Shown here: piece after piece, positions 9,825-19,509 of the stretch | How the letters are laid out: each line of letters opens with the position of its first letter | Position numbering within the stretch: position 1 is the first letter of the stretch | Notes under the pieces: generated by a model | The model's input: only the letters and a program-made list of their open reading frames with translations | Told to the model about the DNA's origin: nothing | Databases searched by the model: none | Origin: an uncultured Acidobacteriota bacterium | Lineage (GTDB): Bacteria; Acidobacteriota; Terriglobia; UBA7540 | Length of the DNA stretch: 64,000 nt | Assembly (NCBI GenBank): GCA_963804995.1 | Contig: CAWDSK010000005.1 | Coordinates: 1-64,000, forward strand | Reading direction: 5' to 3' | Translations under genes and position numbers: made by a program

Positions 9825-10064
9825 GTGTCAGAGAGGGAAGACTTCCAAGACGTAATGGCTGAGGAAATGGCGAGAGGGCGTCGCCAGCCAAAGAAGGCTG
9901 TCACGCTGGCGCGTCAGCGTATGATTCGAAAAGTAGCAGATATGCTCGCTGATCCAGGCTGCGAGAAGAGAACTTTTCTTGCGGTTATTCGTGAGTACGG
10001 GATAAAAGAGGGATCGCCTGAGTTTCTTCAACTCTGCGAGTTGTGGGACGCTCGGCACGGCTAG
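9825..10064 (+). CDS. Small hypothetical protein
   Basis: 79-aa helical-looking ORF with AGGAG upstream; overlaps the convergent ORF. Confidence 0.4.
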   Translation: MSEREDFQDVMAEEMARGRRQPKKAVTLARQRMIRKVADMLADPGCEKRTFLAVIREYGIKEGSPEFLQLCELWDARHG

Positions 10065-10209
10065 CACCCAGCGCCGTGCGCTCGGCGTTCTTGATGAGCT
10101 TGTCTTGTTCCCCAGGGGGCAACGCACTGAGGTGGCGTGATACGATCTTGGTGAACCGGTTGGAAAACTCTTTGGCGCTAATCCGCGACCGCTTCTTGGC
10201 CATCTTCAT
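9985..10209 (-). CDS. Small hypothetical protein
   Basis: 74-aa ORF with a purine-rich RBS (GAGAGGGTAGGA). Confidence 0.4.
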   Translation of the reverse strand: MKMAKKRSRISAKEFSNRFTKIVSRHLSALPPGEQDKLIKNAERTALGASRAERPTTRRVEETQAIPLLSRTHE

Positions 10210-10676
10210 TCCTACCCTCTCATAACTCTCCCTACTGTATTACATCTTACCACACCGTTTCACGTCGCACTATGCGCGCCACGGGGCATGCAATCTAGGG
10301 GGCTACCCAGGAAGCGCGAATCTAACGAAGAACCGCCCCGATGCACCGGGGACTGATCTTCCCCCCAGCTAGAAAATCCGAATTCTCTTCACGCCGCGCC
10401 GACGCGGAGGGCAGGACCGCGGGCCCTGCATTGCAATACCTCTTGTTTTTTCAGCAAACATTTTGAACCTGGCGTAGGGCCGACGCTGGCGTCGGCCTTG
10501 GCCGGGGCGAGCCCCGGCCTTACAAATCCGCGGGGCATCCACCTTGCACGTTAGGTTGCGGCTCGGCCGCACTGCGCTTTACCGGCCACATCTTTTATGG
10601 CAACATGAACCTTGGGGTGAGGATCGGGTGATTCAGGCTGCGCGGTTCGATCCAGGGCCGGAAAACTGGTGTGCTG

Positions 10677-11015
10677 ATGCCTCGCTATAAGGTGATGGTC
10701 GATAATAACTTCCACTATCACGAGCTGGAGGAGCGCTGGGTGAAAGGCGTTTACGACACGGCGCAGGAAGCGCTCGCAGCGTGCCATGAACTTGTCGATC
10801 AGTCCCTGAGGGAAGTGTTCGAGCCCAGCATGTCTGCGGAGGTTCTGTACGACTCTTACACCAGCTTCGGCGACGATCCCTTCATCATCGTACTCGATGG
10901 GGTCGATGACAGCGCCAAATTCTCGGCGTGGACCTATGCCAAAGAGCGCTGCCGCGTAATGTGCGGTGAGACTCCGGCAACAACCCGTGCCCCTGAGGAT
11001 CCCCCAAGCCCGTAA
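10677..11015 (+). CDS. Hypothetical protein (YKVMVDNNFHY motif)
   Basis: Protein-like composition: YKVMVDNNFHY...EALAAC...YTSFGDDPFI...FSAWTYAKERC. Confidence 0.65.
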   Translation: MPRYKVMVDNNFHYHELEERWVKGVYDTAQEALAACHELVDQSLREVFEPSMSAEVLYDSYTSFGDDPFIIVLDGVDDSAKFSAWTYAKERCRVMCGETPATTRAPEDPPSP

Positions 11016-11294
11016 GGTCGGCGCACCCCGCAGCGGCGCCCGCGTCCCCTGAGAAGAACAGTGGTTAGTGGCTAGTGGTTAGTGGCTAGTGACGAACATG
11101 CTTCCACACTCTGGAAGAGTCCCGACAAGTGTCGAGTCTAGCCCCAAACCCCAGAAGAACTCTGACAAATGGCGAGTGATGAGCCAATCCCCCAACCGAT
11201 CCCCGACTCCGCCGTGCCACACAATCCCCGTGCTGACAGGTCACAGCCGACAGCTCACAGCTAGACCCCAGCCCCCAATCCCTCCGACCCCGCC

Positions 11295-11773
11295 GTGACA
11301 CACTTCCCCACTTCGGTAATCGGTGGGTTGTCACCATAACATGAGCCCCATTGGGCCGGTCAGGGGTTCACAGTAAATTGCTGGCCTGACGATTCGATCA
11401 CCCGATTGCCGGATCACCCGATCTCCCGATTGCCCGCCCCGCGTGACACACTTCCCCGCATCGGTTATCGGTGGGTTGTCACCATAACATGAGCCCCATT
11501 GGGCCGGTCAGGGGTTCACAGTAAATTGCTGGCCTGACGATTCGATCACCCGATTGCCGGATCACCCGATCTCCCGATTGCCCGCCCCGCGTGACACACT
11601 TCCCCGCATCGGTTATCGGTGGGTTGTCACCATAACATGAGCCCCATTGGGCCGGTCAGGGGTTCACAGTAAATTGCTGGCCTGACGATTCGATCACCCG
11701 ATTGCCGGATCACCCGATCTCCCGATTGCCCGCCCCGCGTGACACACTTCCCCGTATCGGTTATCGGTGGGTT
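11295..11773 (+). repeat. Tandem repeat, ~3.2 copies of a 148-bp unit
   Basis: Units start at 11295, 11443, 11591 and 11739 with GTGACACACTTCCC and are nearly identical. Confidence 0.95.
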
Positions 11774-12261
11774 CAACGCTCAGGATGAGGGGAATTGAGT
11801 GCCGCGGGACGAGCGGAACTCCACACCTATGAAACAGGCAGCCCCACTCTCGTTCAGTTGCGGGCCTGGCTCGCTGGGCGACTGGCTTTCAGGCGCTGAT
11901 GTCATTCGGGCGACAATTGGGGTGAGAGTCGGGGACGGGAAAATCTGCACGTCCGGCTCGACCCGGGCGAGGGGGTCGGGCTCGACAGCGCGAGCTCGGC
12001 GTCGCCTGCTGCCCCAGTCAACTCTTGCAGGCCCGCGACTTTTTGTCAAGGTGGGACATGTCCCACATGTTGCTCTCCGCGGGGCATAGCGAGCGAGGTC
12101 CCACCAACTTTCCTATCTTCATGCGTTATTTTCCTATGACTTTATGCGTTATTTTCCTATGACTTTTCACTTGCGGATTCGTCGCCCTGCGCTACATTTC
12201 TTGAGCTTGGCGGTGCTTGCCTGAACGCGCCGCCGTGGCCGCGAGGTGACCCTCCTCTCGA

Positions 12262-13023
12262 TCAATGGCCCGCCGCGGTCATGGCGCCGTCCACCACCAG
12301 CGATGTTCCTGAAATAAATGAGGCGGCATCTGAGGCCAAGAACAATGCGGCTTCCGCGATGTCGCGAGGCGTGCCGATGCGGCCCAGCGGGTGGGCTCGC
12401 ATTACTTCCCGCATCGTGGTTTCAGGATCGGGCAAGTCCGCCAGCCATTTGTCCATCAAGGGTGTGTCGATGTAGCCGGGGCAGATGGCGTTCACGCGGA
12501 TCCCCTCACGGCCGTGGTCAAGTGCCAGCGCGCGTGTCAGCCCGATGATGCCGGCTTTCGAAGCGTCATAAGCGGCGTAGCCCTCATAGGAAACGAACGC
12601 GTGCACGGAGGCGATATTCACGATGACCCCTCTGCGCCCGCGCAGATGAGGAATCGCGTACTTGCAGAATAGAAAATACCCTTTCAGATTCACACCCAAC
12701 TGGCGGTCCCATTGGGCGGAAGTGAGATCAACCACCTGGGCAAGATATTCAAATCCGGCGTTGTTCACCAACACGTCGAGCGCGCCGAATTCCTGCACGG
12801 TGCGGGCAACGGCGTTCTGCACATCCTCCTCGCAAGACACGTCACCGATGATGGCGATAGCCCGTCCCTTCCGATTAAGACTTTGTACCGTCTGGTGGGC
12901 ACGCTCAGCATTGATATCGAAAACCACCACCGCGGCGCCTGCCTCCACAAATCGCTCCGCGATGCCCGCGCCAATTCCCATGGCGGCGCCGGTTACAAGG
13001 GCAATCTTATTGTCAAGGCGCAT
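12262..13023 (-). CDS. Short-chain dehydrogenase/reductase (SDR)
   Basis: TGAAMGIG, NNAG, YDASK and NAICPG motifs; ATG 13023 after GAGGGAGG. Confidence 0.93.
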   Translation of the reverse strand: MRLDNKIALVTGAAMGIGAGIAERFVEAGAAVVVFDINAERAHQTVQSLNRKGRAIAIIGDVSCEEDVQNAVARTVQEFGALDVLVNNAGFEYLAQVVDLTSAQWDRQLGVNLKGYFLFCKYAIPHLRGRRGVIVNIASVHAFVSYEGYAAYDASKAGIIGLTRALALDHGREGIRVNAICPGYIDTPLMDKWLADLPDPETTMREVMRAHPLGRIGTPRDIAEAALFLASDAASFISGTSLVVDGAMTAAGH

Positions 13024-13288
13024 GCAACCTCCCTCAGGAAGTATTCGGTCTAATGCCGCAGTGGCGTACTCAGCCGCGCCAGTGGCAGAAGCTGACCCCG
13101 GGCCTCCTGACCCCTTCCCCCGCGCGTGGCGCAACGATTGCGCCTCCTCCACTCATAGGGCATGTTCAGTAGCTTAACCCATCCCACCCTCCGCCAAACC
13201 TGAAATCCTCACACCAACGCCATCGTCGGATCAATCGCGTAGGCCCACATTCCCAATTCCCCTTTTCAGGGAAATCGTTGATTGCGGC

Positions 13289-13316
13289 TAAAGGTCAAGG
13301 CGTTTTGGGCCGATTC
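13289..13316 (+). promoter_or_regulatory. Putative sigma-28 (FliA) promoter
   Basis: TAAA-N16-GCCGATTC. Confidence 0.55.
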
Positions 13317-13347
13317 AATTATTGAGAAAGGGCGGAAGGGTGACTTG

Positions 13348-13710
13348 ATGACGCCGTCGCTGCTCAATGTTGTTCGAACCGCGAATCGCGAGTTTCAGGG
13401 GCTGATTGAAGAGATTTCACTGGATGGCGCGAAGATTCTGCAATCACGTGGAGCGATTCGCCGCCTTGAGAAGGTCTCGATCCGATTGCGCCAAGTGGAC
13501 CGGTATTTGGCCGAAAGCTCGAAGTCTTCCACCCAGACGGCGGAATCTGAGTACGAGATCCTGAAATACAGGGAGAGCTTGAAGGCCCTCAGGGCGGCTT
13601 TTGAAACCCTTCAGTATTCCCTGCTTGTCGAAAAATCCCACCTCGAAAACGTCTGTGCGAACCTGCAATCCGCCAAGGCGTGGGCAAATTCCGTACGCGA
13701 GTTTTCCTGA
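13348..13710 (+). CDS. Hypothetical coiled-coil protein, probably flagellar regulon
   Basis: 120-aa helical ORF downstream of a sigma-28-like promoter, convergent with flgL. Confidence 0.65.
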   Translation: MTPSLLNVVRTANREFQGLIEEISLDGAKILQSRGAIRRLEKVSIRLRQVDRYLAESSKSSTQTAESEYEILKYRESLKALRAAFETLQYSLLVEKSHLENVCANLQSAKAWANSVREFS

Positions 13711-13951
13711 GCCCACCGGACCCACCGCGCATTGATTCTGCTTCTCTCGGTGGCAACCGCGGTTTCGTAGGAGTGTCTTTAATCACCATGCCAACGCACG
13801 CCAACGTCCAGCGGCAAATGATGATCCACTGAATATCGCCGCGGGGTGAGGGAGAGGGGCGAGCGTGCTGCGGAGAGGTTAAGATCCGAGGGCGGCCACT
13901 TTCGGCTATCCCTGCACAAAGTGAAAAGCGAAGAGGTTCTACAACAATCGG

Positions 13952-14851
13952 TTACGACGAGGGAAGGTAATCAAACAGATTCGTCTGAGAGATTTTTCCG
14001 CCGGCACCCAGCAAAGCTTGTCGGGTGGTTTCAGTTTGGCTCAGGTTTGTGACCGCAGTCGCCATGTCAACGTCCAACGTAGTGCTCTCTGATTCGGTCA
14101 ATTGTGTTTGTTCTTGAGTAAGAAACGTTTGGGCGCTGTTCAGCCGGCTCAGGGAGTTTCCGTAAAAGGTTTGTTGGGTGGACACATAATTCAGAGCGTT
14201 CTGGACTTCCGTGGTGGCGCTGCTAATATCACCGTTATTGTTCAATGCGGTGTACAGATCTTGGAGGGATTGAAAGACGTTTGTTGTAGCATTGCTAAAC
14301 AACTGGCTCCCCGGCAGGTTAATGGGCATCGCCTGCCCTTCAGAAATTTCCACGCTGTTAGTGTTACTATTTCCATTGTAGGTCACGCCGGAAGCAGCGT
14401 TGGTGTCCGCCACGTAGGGTTGGGTGGTTGTGGCGGTCCCTGAAAAAAGATACTGGCCGTTATAAGAAGTATTCGCCAGCCCCAGCATTTCCTGTTGGAT
14501 ACCTTGAACTTGCTGGGCAATGGCTAGCCGGTTCTGCGCGTTGACGGTTCCATTCGCTCCCTCAACACCCAAGGATTGCGCGCTCGTCAAGGCCTCCACG
14601 ACTGAACTCAACGCCGAGTCCGCAACCTGCAAAGACCCTGTTAATGACGTAATATTCTTCGAGTATTGGGTGTCGGAGCTTGACTCCATCCGCAAGTTTA
14701 CTAAGGTGGCCGCTGCGGAAGGATCGTCGGAAAGGGAATTCAGCTTTTGCCCGGACGAAATCTGCTGCAAGGCTTGGTCCTGTTGTTGCGCATTGGTCTG
14801 CAATCCACTCAAGATCATGCCGTAAATGTTGGGATTAACGCGTATGCCCAT
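13952..14851 (-). CDS. flgL: Flagellar hook-associated protein FlgL
   Basis: Flagellin-like N-terminus (ISSGQKLNSLSDDP), NGQYLFSG, C-terminal LFDYL; follows flgK. Confidence 0.92.
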   Translation of the reverse strand: MGIRVNPNIYGMILSGLQTNAQQQDQALQQISSGQKLNSLSDDPSAAATLVNLRMESSSDTQYSKNITSLTGSLQVADSALSSVVEALTSAQSLGVEGANGTVNAQNRLAIAQQVQGIQQEMLGLANTSYNGQYLFSGTATTTQPYVADTNAASGVTYNGNSNTNSVEISEGQAMPINLPGSQLFSNATTNVFQSLQDLYTALNNNGDISSATTEVQNALNYVSTQQTFYGNSLSRLNSAQTFLTQEQTQLTESESTTLDVDMATAVTNLSQTETTRQALLGAGGKISQTNLFDYLPSS

Positions 14852-14852
14852 A

Positions 14853-16247
14853 TTAGCTCGGTGTAAACATGTTGATGGTCGTCGAGGTGAGCTCATCGAC
14901 GACGGACATTACTCGCGCGGCGGCTTCGTAAGCGCGCTGATAAAGAACTAAGTTGCTGGCTTCCTCGTCCAACGAGACCCCGGAAATAGACGACCGCTGG
15001 TTGGAAAGCTGCTGTAAGACCAGACCGACCGCTTGCTGCTCGGTGGTAGCGTTGGAAACGGTGTTGCCGACCTGGTCGACCAGGTTCGAATAATAATCTC
15101 CTGCCGTTTGGTTTGAAACGATGGATGCATTCTGGAGGTCGGCCATCAGCGTGGCGTTGCCGTTGTCACCTTGGGTACCGTCGGAACTGGCAGCGACTTG
15201 GTCAGGATCGGTGAGCGCCACGGTCATAGTGGCTGCTGCGCCGGCGTTGGAACCCGGAGTTGAGGGCGTAAACGGCGTGAAGAAATCAACACCTTTTGCG
15301 CCCGTCATGTCGAAGCCGTCATTTTGTTGCTGGTTCACGGCCGAGATCAGACCGGCTGCCAGATTGTTGAGGGAGGATTGCGCCGAGGGAATACCGTTGT
15401 CGCGGGCGCTGATGAAACCTTGAAGCTGCCCACCGGCGATGGTGGAAGTGATGTCAGTTCCCTGGGAAAGCACTTCATGCATTCCCGTGGCACTATTGAT
15501 CTGGGTCGTCAAGGCGTTACTTTGATTTCCGGAGACGAGGAGCGTGCCATTGGTGGTGGTCAAGGACACCGTACCGTTGTCGGAATAAATGGCCGCCGTG
15601 TCGATCAGGCCGGAGAGGTTTTGTACGGCTTCGTCGCGCTGGTCTTCAAGCGCGCCAGGGTTCTGCCCGGAATTGGAAACCATCTGGATTTGCTGATTCA
15701 GGTCGGCTACTTGCGCGCTGAGCTGGTTAACCTGCTGAACTGTCTGCACGACGGATTGGTCCAGACCCTGTTGGATGGTCGCCAGATTATTGCTGGTTTG
15801 GTTGAAGGAGTTGGCAAGGTCCTGACCCGCGGTAAGCGCCGCCTCGCGCAGGGAGGAACTTGTCGGATCGGTGGCGAGGGACTGAAAACTGTTGAAGAAA
15901 TTACTCAAATCGGTCTGCAGGCCGGTACCCTGAGTCTCGTTGAAAAGGGTTTGCACCTGGTTCATGGAATTAACGTATGAATTCAGGCTGGATTGCTGGG
16001 AGGTTTCCTGGTCGATACGGAGACTCAGGACATTGTCGCGCACGCTTTCCACGCTCTGCAACGTCACGCCAGTCCCCACCTGGACATTCCCACTCAGGAT
16101 CGGAGGACTCTCCTCCAAGACCGGTATTTCGCGGGAATATCCTGGGGTGTTGGTATTCGCAACATTGTTGGCTACAACCCCCATCGCACCTTGCTGGGCG
16201 AGTAGAGATTGCAGGGCGATCGACATGCTACCGAATAGGCTAGACAT
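14853..16247 (-). CDS. flgK: Flagellar hook-associated protein FlgK
   Basis: NVANTNTPGYSR, LEDQRD and SGVSLDEEASNLVLYQRAYEAAAR motifs. Confidence 0.95.
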   Translation of the reverse strand: MSSLFGSMSIALQSLLAQQGAMGVVANNVANTNTPGYSREIPVLEESPPILSGNVQVGTGVTLQSVESVRDNVLSLRIDQETSQQSSLNSYVNSMNQVQTLFNETQGTGLQTDLSNFFNSFQSLATDPTSSSLREAALTAGQDLANSFNQTSNNLATIQQGLDQSVVQTVQQVNQLSAQVADLNQQIQMVSNSGQNPGALEDQRDEAVQNLSGLIDTAAIYSDNGTVSLTTTNGTLLVSGNQSNALTTQINSATGMHEVLSQGTDITSTIAGGQLQGFISARDNGIPSAQSSLNNLAAGLISAVNQQQNDGFDMTGAKGVDFFTPFTPSTPGSNAGAAATMTVALTDPDQVAASSDGTQGDNGNATLMADLQNASIVSNQTAGDYYSNLVDQVGNTVSNATTEQQAVGLVLQQLSNQRSSISGVSLDEEASNLVLYQRAYEAAARVMSVVDELTSTTINMFTPS

Positions 16248-16735
16248 GGTCCATTTTCCCCACTGACACCATGGGCCTACCTCGGAGTTGGGTGAGCGGT
16301 ACAGGGTAGGTACCCGAATAGTGCGCCAAAAAATTTAGCAGGACGTTCACGGAACGCCGCGAACGCTTGAGCAGTTCTGAATGCACACGGCTGAGCCGGC
16401 GCACGTCTGCCTGTATAGATGCCAGGCCACTGAGCAGGAGCTGAAGTTGTTCGAGCTGAGGCCGGATCAAGTTGCCCCCCCAACCGACCCAAGGTGGAGG
16501 GCTGCTTGCTCGGCGTGTTTTGACCCGTAAAGCGCTCGCTGAGGCTCCGCAATTCGGCGTCTAGCAATCGGATCTCTACGCACAGGTTCTCTTGATTCGA
16601 GATATGTTGATGCATGGCGCGGAGGTCCAGTTCGACATAGGCCGATTGGCTCTCATCCAGATCTGCGGCGAGCAAGCGCAGTGTCACCAACCGCCGTTCG
16701 AGCAATTCCAGGTAGTGTTGCACTTCATGCTTCAT
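16240..16735 (-). CDS. flgN: FlgN-like export chaperone with an apparent 1-nt frameshift near 16455
   Basis: Lies between flgM and flgK. Two overlapping helical ORFs (16277-16735, 16240-16470) join into one FlgN-sized protein. Confidence 0.6.
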
Positions 16736-16737
16736 GT

Positions 16738-16914
16738 TTAACCCAACACGTCCAGCTCATGGTCCGAGGCGGGCTGAGGCTCGGGGCTCTGCTCCTCGCC
16801 GGGCGCCTGGAGTGCTTTTTTCGGGGCCTTCTTTCGTGCCGGAAAGATCTGCACCGGTCGCCGTTCACCGTCATCACCGATTCGTTGTGCCGGGGCAGGA
16901 GCCAGGTCGTCCAT
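16738..16914 (-). CDS. 58-aa small protein ending HELDVLG, not in the ORF track
   Basis: Strong RBS AGGAGGGAGGAG before ATG 16914; MDDLAPAPAQRIGDDGERRPVQIFPARKK...DHELDVLG; fills the flgM-flgN gap. Confidence 0.6.
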   Translation of the reverse strand: MDDLAPAPAQRIGDDGERRPVQIFPARKKAPKKALQAPGEEQSPEPQPASDHELDVLG

Positions 16915-16930
16915 GACTCCTCCCTCCTAA

Positions 16931-17242
16931 TCATTTGGGTGTGCCGGGGTCCGCCGTCACCAGTTGGGAATGGATGGCATCAGCGAGTTGTTGGTCCGAT
17001 ACCTGGTAGTTTCCACTACCAATAGTTTGACGGAGGGCTTCTACGCGCTCTTGCCGAACCTCCGGCACACTCGCGAGGTTAACTTTGAGCTGGTCAATTC
17101 TTCCACTGTCGACTGACAGTTGTGCGTGGTCCTGGTTTGAAGAGACCGCCGACGATTGGTTCTGATTGCTCCCCGACCTTGAGCGGTCAACCTTCTGGGG
17201 TTGAAGATTCTCGGGAAGGTAAATTGGGCCATCAACTCTCAT
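16931..17242 (-). CDS. flgM: Anti-sigma-28 factor FlgM
   Basis: PEVRQERVEALRQTIGSGNYQVSDQQLADAI signature. Confidence 0.9.
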   Translation of the reverse strand: MRVDGPIYLPENLQPQKVDRSRSGSNQNQSSAVSSNQDHAQLSVDSGRIDQLKVNLASVPEVRQERVEALRQTIGSGNYQVSDQQLADAIHSQLVTADPGTPK

Positions 17243-17270
17243 TTCCTGCCTCCTACTGGCTACAACACTA

Positions 17271-17297
17271 TTATCGACGATTCTTTGAGAAACTTTA
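17271..17297 (-). promoter_or_regulatory. Sigma-28 promoter of flgM
   Basis: Minus strand TAAA-N15-GTCGATAA directly upstream of flgM. Confidence 0.8.
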
Positions 17298-17660
17298 ATC
17301 CGATGATGGCGTTTTAATTGTTTTCCCCGTTTGCTCCAGGCTGCTGCGGTTTAGGCTCGGCTCGAGCTGGTGAACCAACATTTTCGCAATCCCCAACCCT
17401 CCTCGCTGGGCCAAGGCCGTGGACATCGTCTGAATGGCCAGTGAGTTCAGCGTGTCGGATCCCGCCGTCGGGGTCTCTCCCGACCAGGACCCGCTCGGTT
17501 GGAAATTTTGCCACAGTTCAGAAATCAGGATGGACTCAAAGGCTTGGGCGGCTTTGCGCAATTTCCGATGAGCCGGCGTTTCCGCGGCCTGACTGGCACC
17601 GCCAGGAGTCACTCCCGGGCGGCTTGCCAAAGCCTCGGAGTTGAGCGGGAGGGTGGTCAT
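17295..17660 (-). CDS. flgJ: FlgJ rod-binding domain only (no muramidase domain)
   Basis: KLRKAAQAFESILI...GGLGIAKMLVHQL; follows flgI. Confidence 0.8.
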   Translation of the reverse strand: MTTLPLNSEALASRPGVTPGGASQAAETPAHRKLRKAAQAFESILISELWQNFQPSGSWSGETPTAGSDTLNSLAIQTMSTALAQRGGLGIAKMLVHQLEPSLNRSSLEQTGKTIKTPSSD

Positions 17661-18778
17661 AGGAGCTCCAATTCCGCCTGCAAGGCCCCCGCCGCGCGGA
17701 TCGCTTCCAAAATCGCCACGATATCGCGGGGGGTGGCGCCGATCGCCTGCAAGCCATTGATCAAGTCATCCACGGTGGCACCTTCGCGAAGCTCAATCCG
17801 GTGAGCCGGACTTTCCGTGGCTTTAACTGTGGTTTGGGGAACCACCTGAGTCTGTCCCTGCGTGTAAGGCAGGGGCTGTGAGACTTGGAATACCGTGGTG
17901 ATCACGACGGAGAGGTTTCCATGCAGGATGGAACAGGCTCCGAGGCTCACGTCTTGGCCCATAACAATGGTCCCCGTGCGCTCGTTTACAACCACCCGGG
18001 CGGGGGTATGAACGGCCACCATCAGCTTCTCGACTCTGGCGAGCAAGCTGGCCACGACCTCGGCGCGGGGTTCAGGAATGCGAATCTCAATCCGGCGGCT
18101 GTCGACCGCACGGGCGGAATCCTTTCCAAGTTCGCCGTTAATGGTGCCGGCAATCTCCGTAGCGGTCTCGAAGTCTGGATCCCGCAATAAGAGGGAGAGC
18201 TTGGTCAGCTTTCCCAGGTCCACCGTCGCATCACGCTCGATGATTCCTCCCCCCGGGATGCGCGCGGTCGTGGGATGGTTGATCTGCACTGAGTTGCCCC
18301 GCCCTCCTGCTGTGTAGCCCCCATTCATCAACGGCCCTTGCGCCGTCGCATAGACCTGGCCGTCGGGACCGTGCAGGGTGGTGAGCAGGAGAATCCCACC
18401 CTCAAGATTCTTGGCATCTCCGATCGAGGAGACCGTCACGTCGATCTGTGTACCGGGCCGGGAGAAGGGGGGGAGTGTCCCCGTAACGAATACAGCCGCC
18501 ACATTCTTGACAACCACCGCCGTGGGGTTAATTTGGACTCCCATCTTGGTGAGAAGGTTGGACAGCGTTTGGACGGAGAATACGGTCTGCTGACGGTCAC
18601 CCGTGCCGTTAAGGCCCACGACCATCGAGTACCCGATCAGCATGTTGTCGCGCACGCCCTCCACCGTCACCACATCACGGAGGTGGACTTGCCGGGCCAC
18701 GGCTTCCTTCCCGGCCAGGCCTTTGGGCAATATGAACAGCACCAGAACGATCAGCCCCATCCATCGGTTGAATCGCAT
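17657..18778 (-). CDS. flgI: Flagellar P-ring protein FlgI
   Basis: GVRDNMLIGYSMVVGLNGTGD, VVVNERTGTIV and AGALQAEL motifs. Confidence 0.96.
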   Translation of the reverse strand: MRFNRWMGLIVLVLFILPKGLAGKEAVARQVHLRDVVTVEGVRDNMLIGYSMVVGLNGTGDRQQTVFSVQTLSNLLTKMGVQINPTAVVVKNVAAVFVTGTLPPFSRPGTQIDVTVSSIGDAKNLEGGILLLTTLHGPDGQVYATAQGPLMNGGYTAGGRGNSVQINHPTTARIPGGGIIERDATVDLGKLTKLSLLLRDPDFETATEIAGTINGELGKDSARAVDSRRIEIRIPEPRAEVVASLLARVEKLMVAVHTPARVVVNERTGTIVMGQDVSLGACSILHGNLSVVITTVFQVSQPLPYTQGQTQVVPQTTVKATESPAHRIELREGATVDDLINGLQAIGATPRDIVAILEAIRAAGALQAELELL

Positions 18779-18784
18779 GATTTG

Positions 18785-19495
18785 TCAGAACCCCACTAAT
18801 TTCAAGATCGCTCGCACTATCCGGTTGGGAGGTTGAACGCCATCGCTGATCACCCCGCGCCCTTTCAGCTCAACCTGCAAGTTGCTGACGGCCGTCGAGG
18901 CAACCGTGTTACTGGCCGTTACGTCCCCCGGGCGCACCACGCCGCGAACGATGAAGGTTTGGTGCTGGTTATTCATCTCAACCTCGCGGACGGCTTCCAG
19001 GACCATGTACCCGTTGGGCAAGACCTCCAAGACGCGAGCCGAAAGGCTGGTGGTCAGGCTCGAATCTGAGGACGTCTGCGCTTGTCCGTTGAGCGTACGA
19101 TTGGAATTCGGGGAGAAAATGTTTTGTATGCCGCTGGTGGGGCCGGGTGTACCCATCAGTCCACTGATACCGGAGCTCGCCGCGAAAGCCCGCTGGGATT
19201 TAACTGCCCCATCCTCTGCCGCCGTGGTCGACTCCACCACCTGAATCACGATGAGGTCATTGACGTTATGGGCTTTGTAATCACCCGCTATATCCGTGTA
19301 AGGGCTCTGCGGGGTCCAGATACTCCCCATGAGGGGTGAAGGCCCCGTCGTCGCCCGCACCCGCGCCAGGTAGTCAGCAAGCTGGTCTTGTGCCGGCTGG
19401 GACTTCTTCTTGGCGCCATTCGAAGGGAGGGGAAAGAGCATGCTCAGACCTAGGAGAACCGGAAGCGTTTTGCGGGCAAACAGGGTCAGGCTCAT
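18785..19495 (-). CDS. flgH: Flagellar L-ring protein FlgH
   Basis: VLEVLPNG...GVVRPGDV...N; lies between flgA and flgI. Confidence 0.92.
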   Translation of the reverse strand: MSLTLFARKTLPVLLGLSMLFPLPSNGAKKKSQPAQDQLADYLARVRATTGPSPLMGSIWTPQSPYTDIAGDYKAHNVNDLIVIQVVESTTAAEDGAVKSQRAFAASSGISGLMGTPGPTSGIQNIFSPNSNRTLNGQAQTSSDSSLTTSLSARVLEVLPNGYMVLEAVREVEMNNQHQTFIVRGVVRPGDVTASNTVASTAVSNLQVELKGRGVISDGVQPPNRIVRAILKLVGF

Positions 19496-19509
19496 CAGAC
19501 ACTCCCTTA

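Noticed and set aside
11295..11773. CRISPR array
   Set aside because: The sequences between cores are near-identical rather than unique spacers, the period is 148 bp, and no cas genes are in the window.
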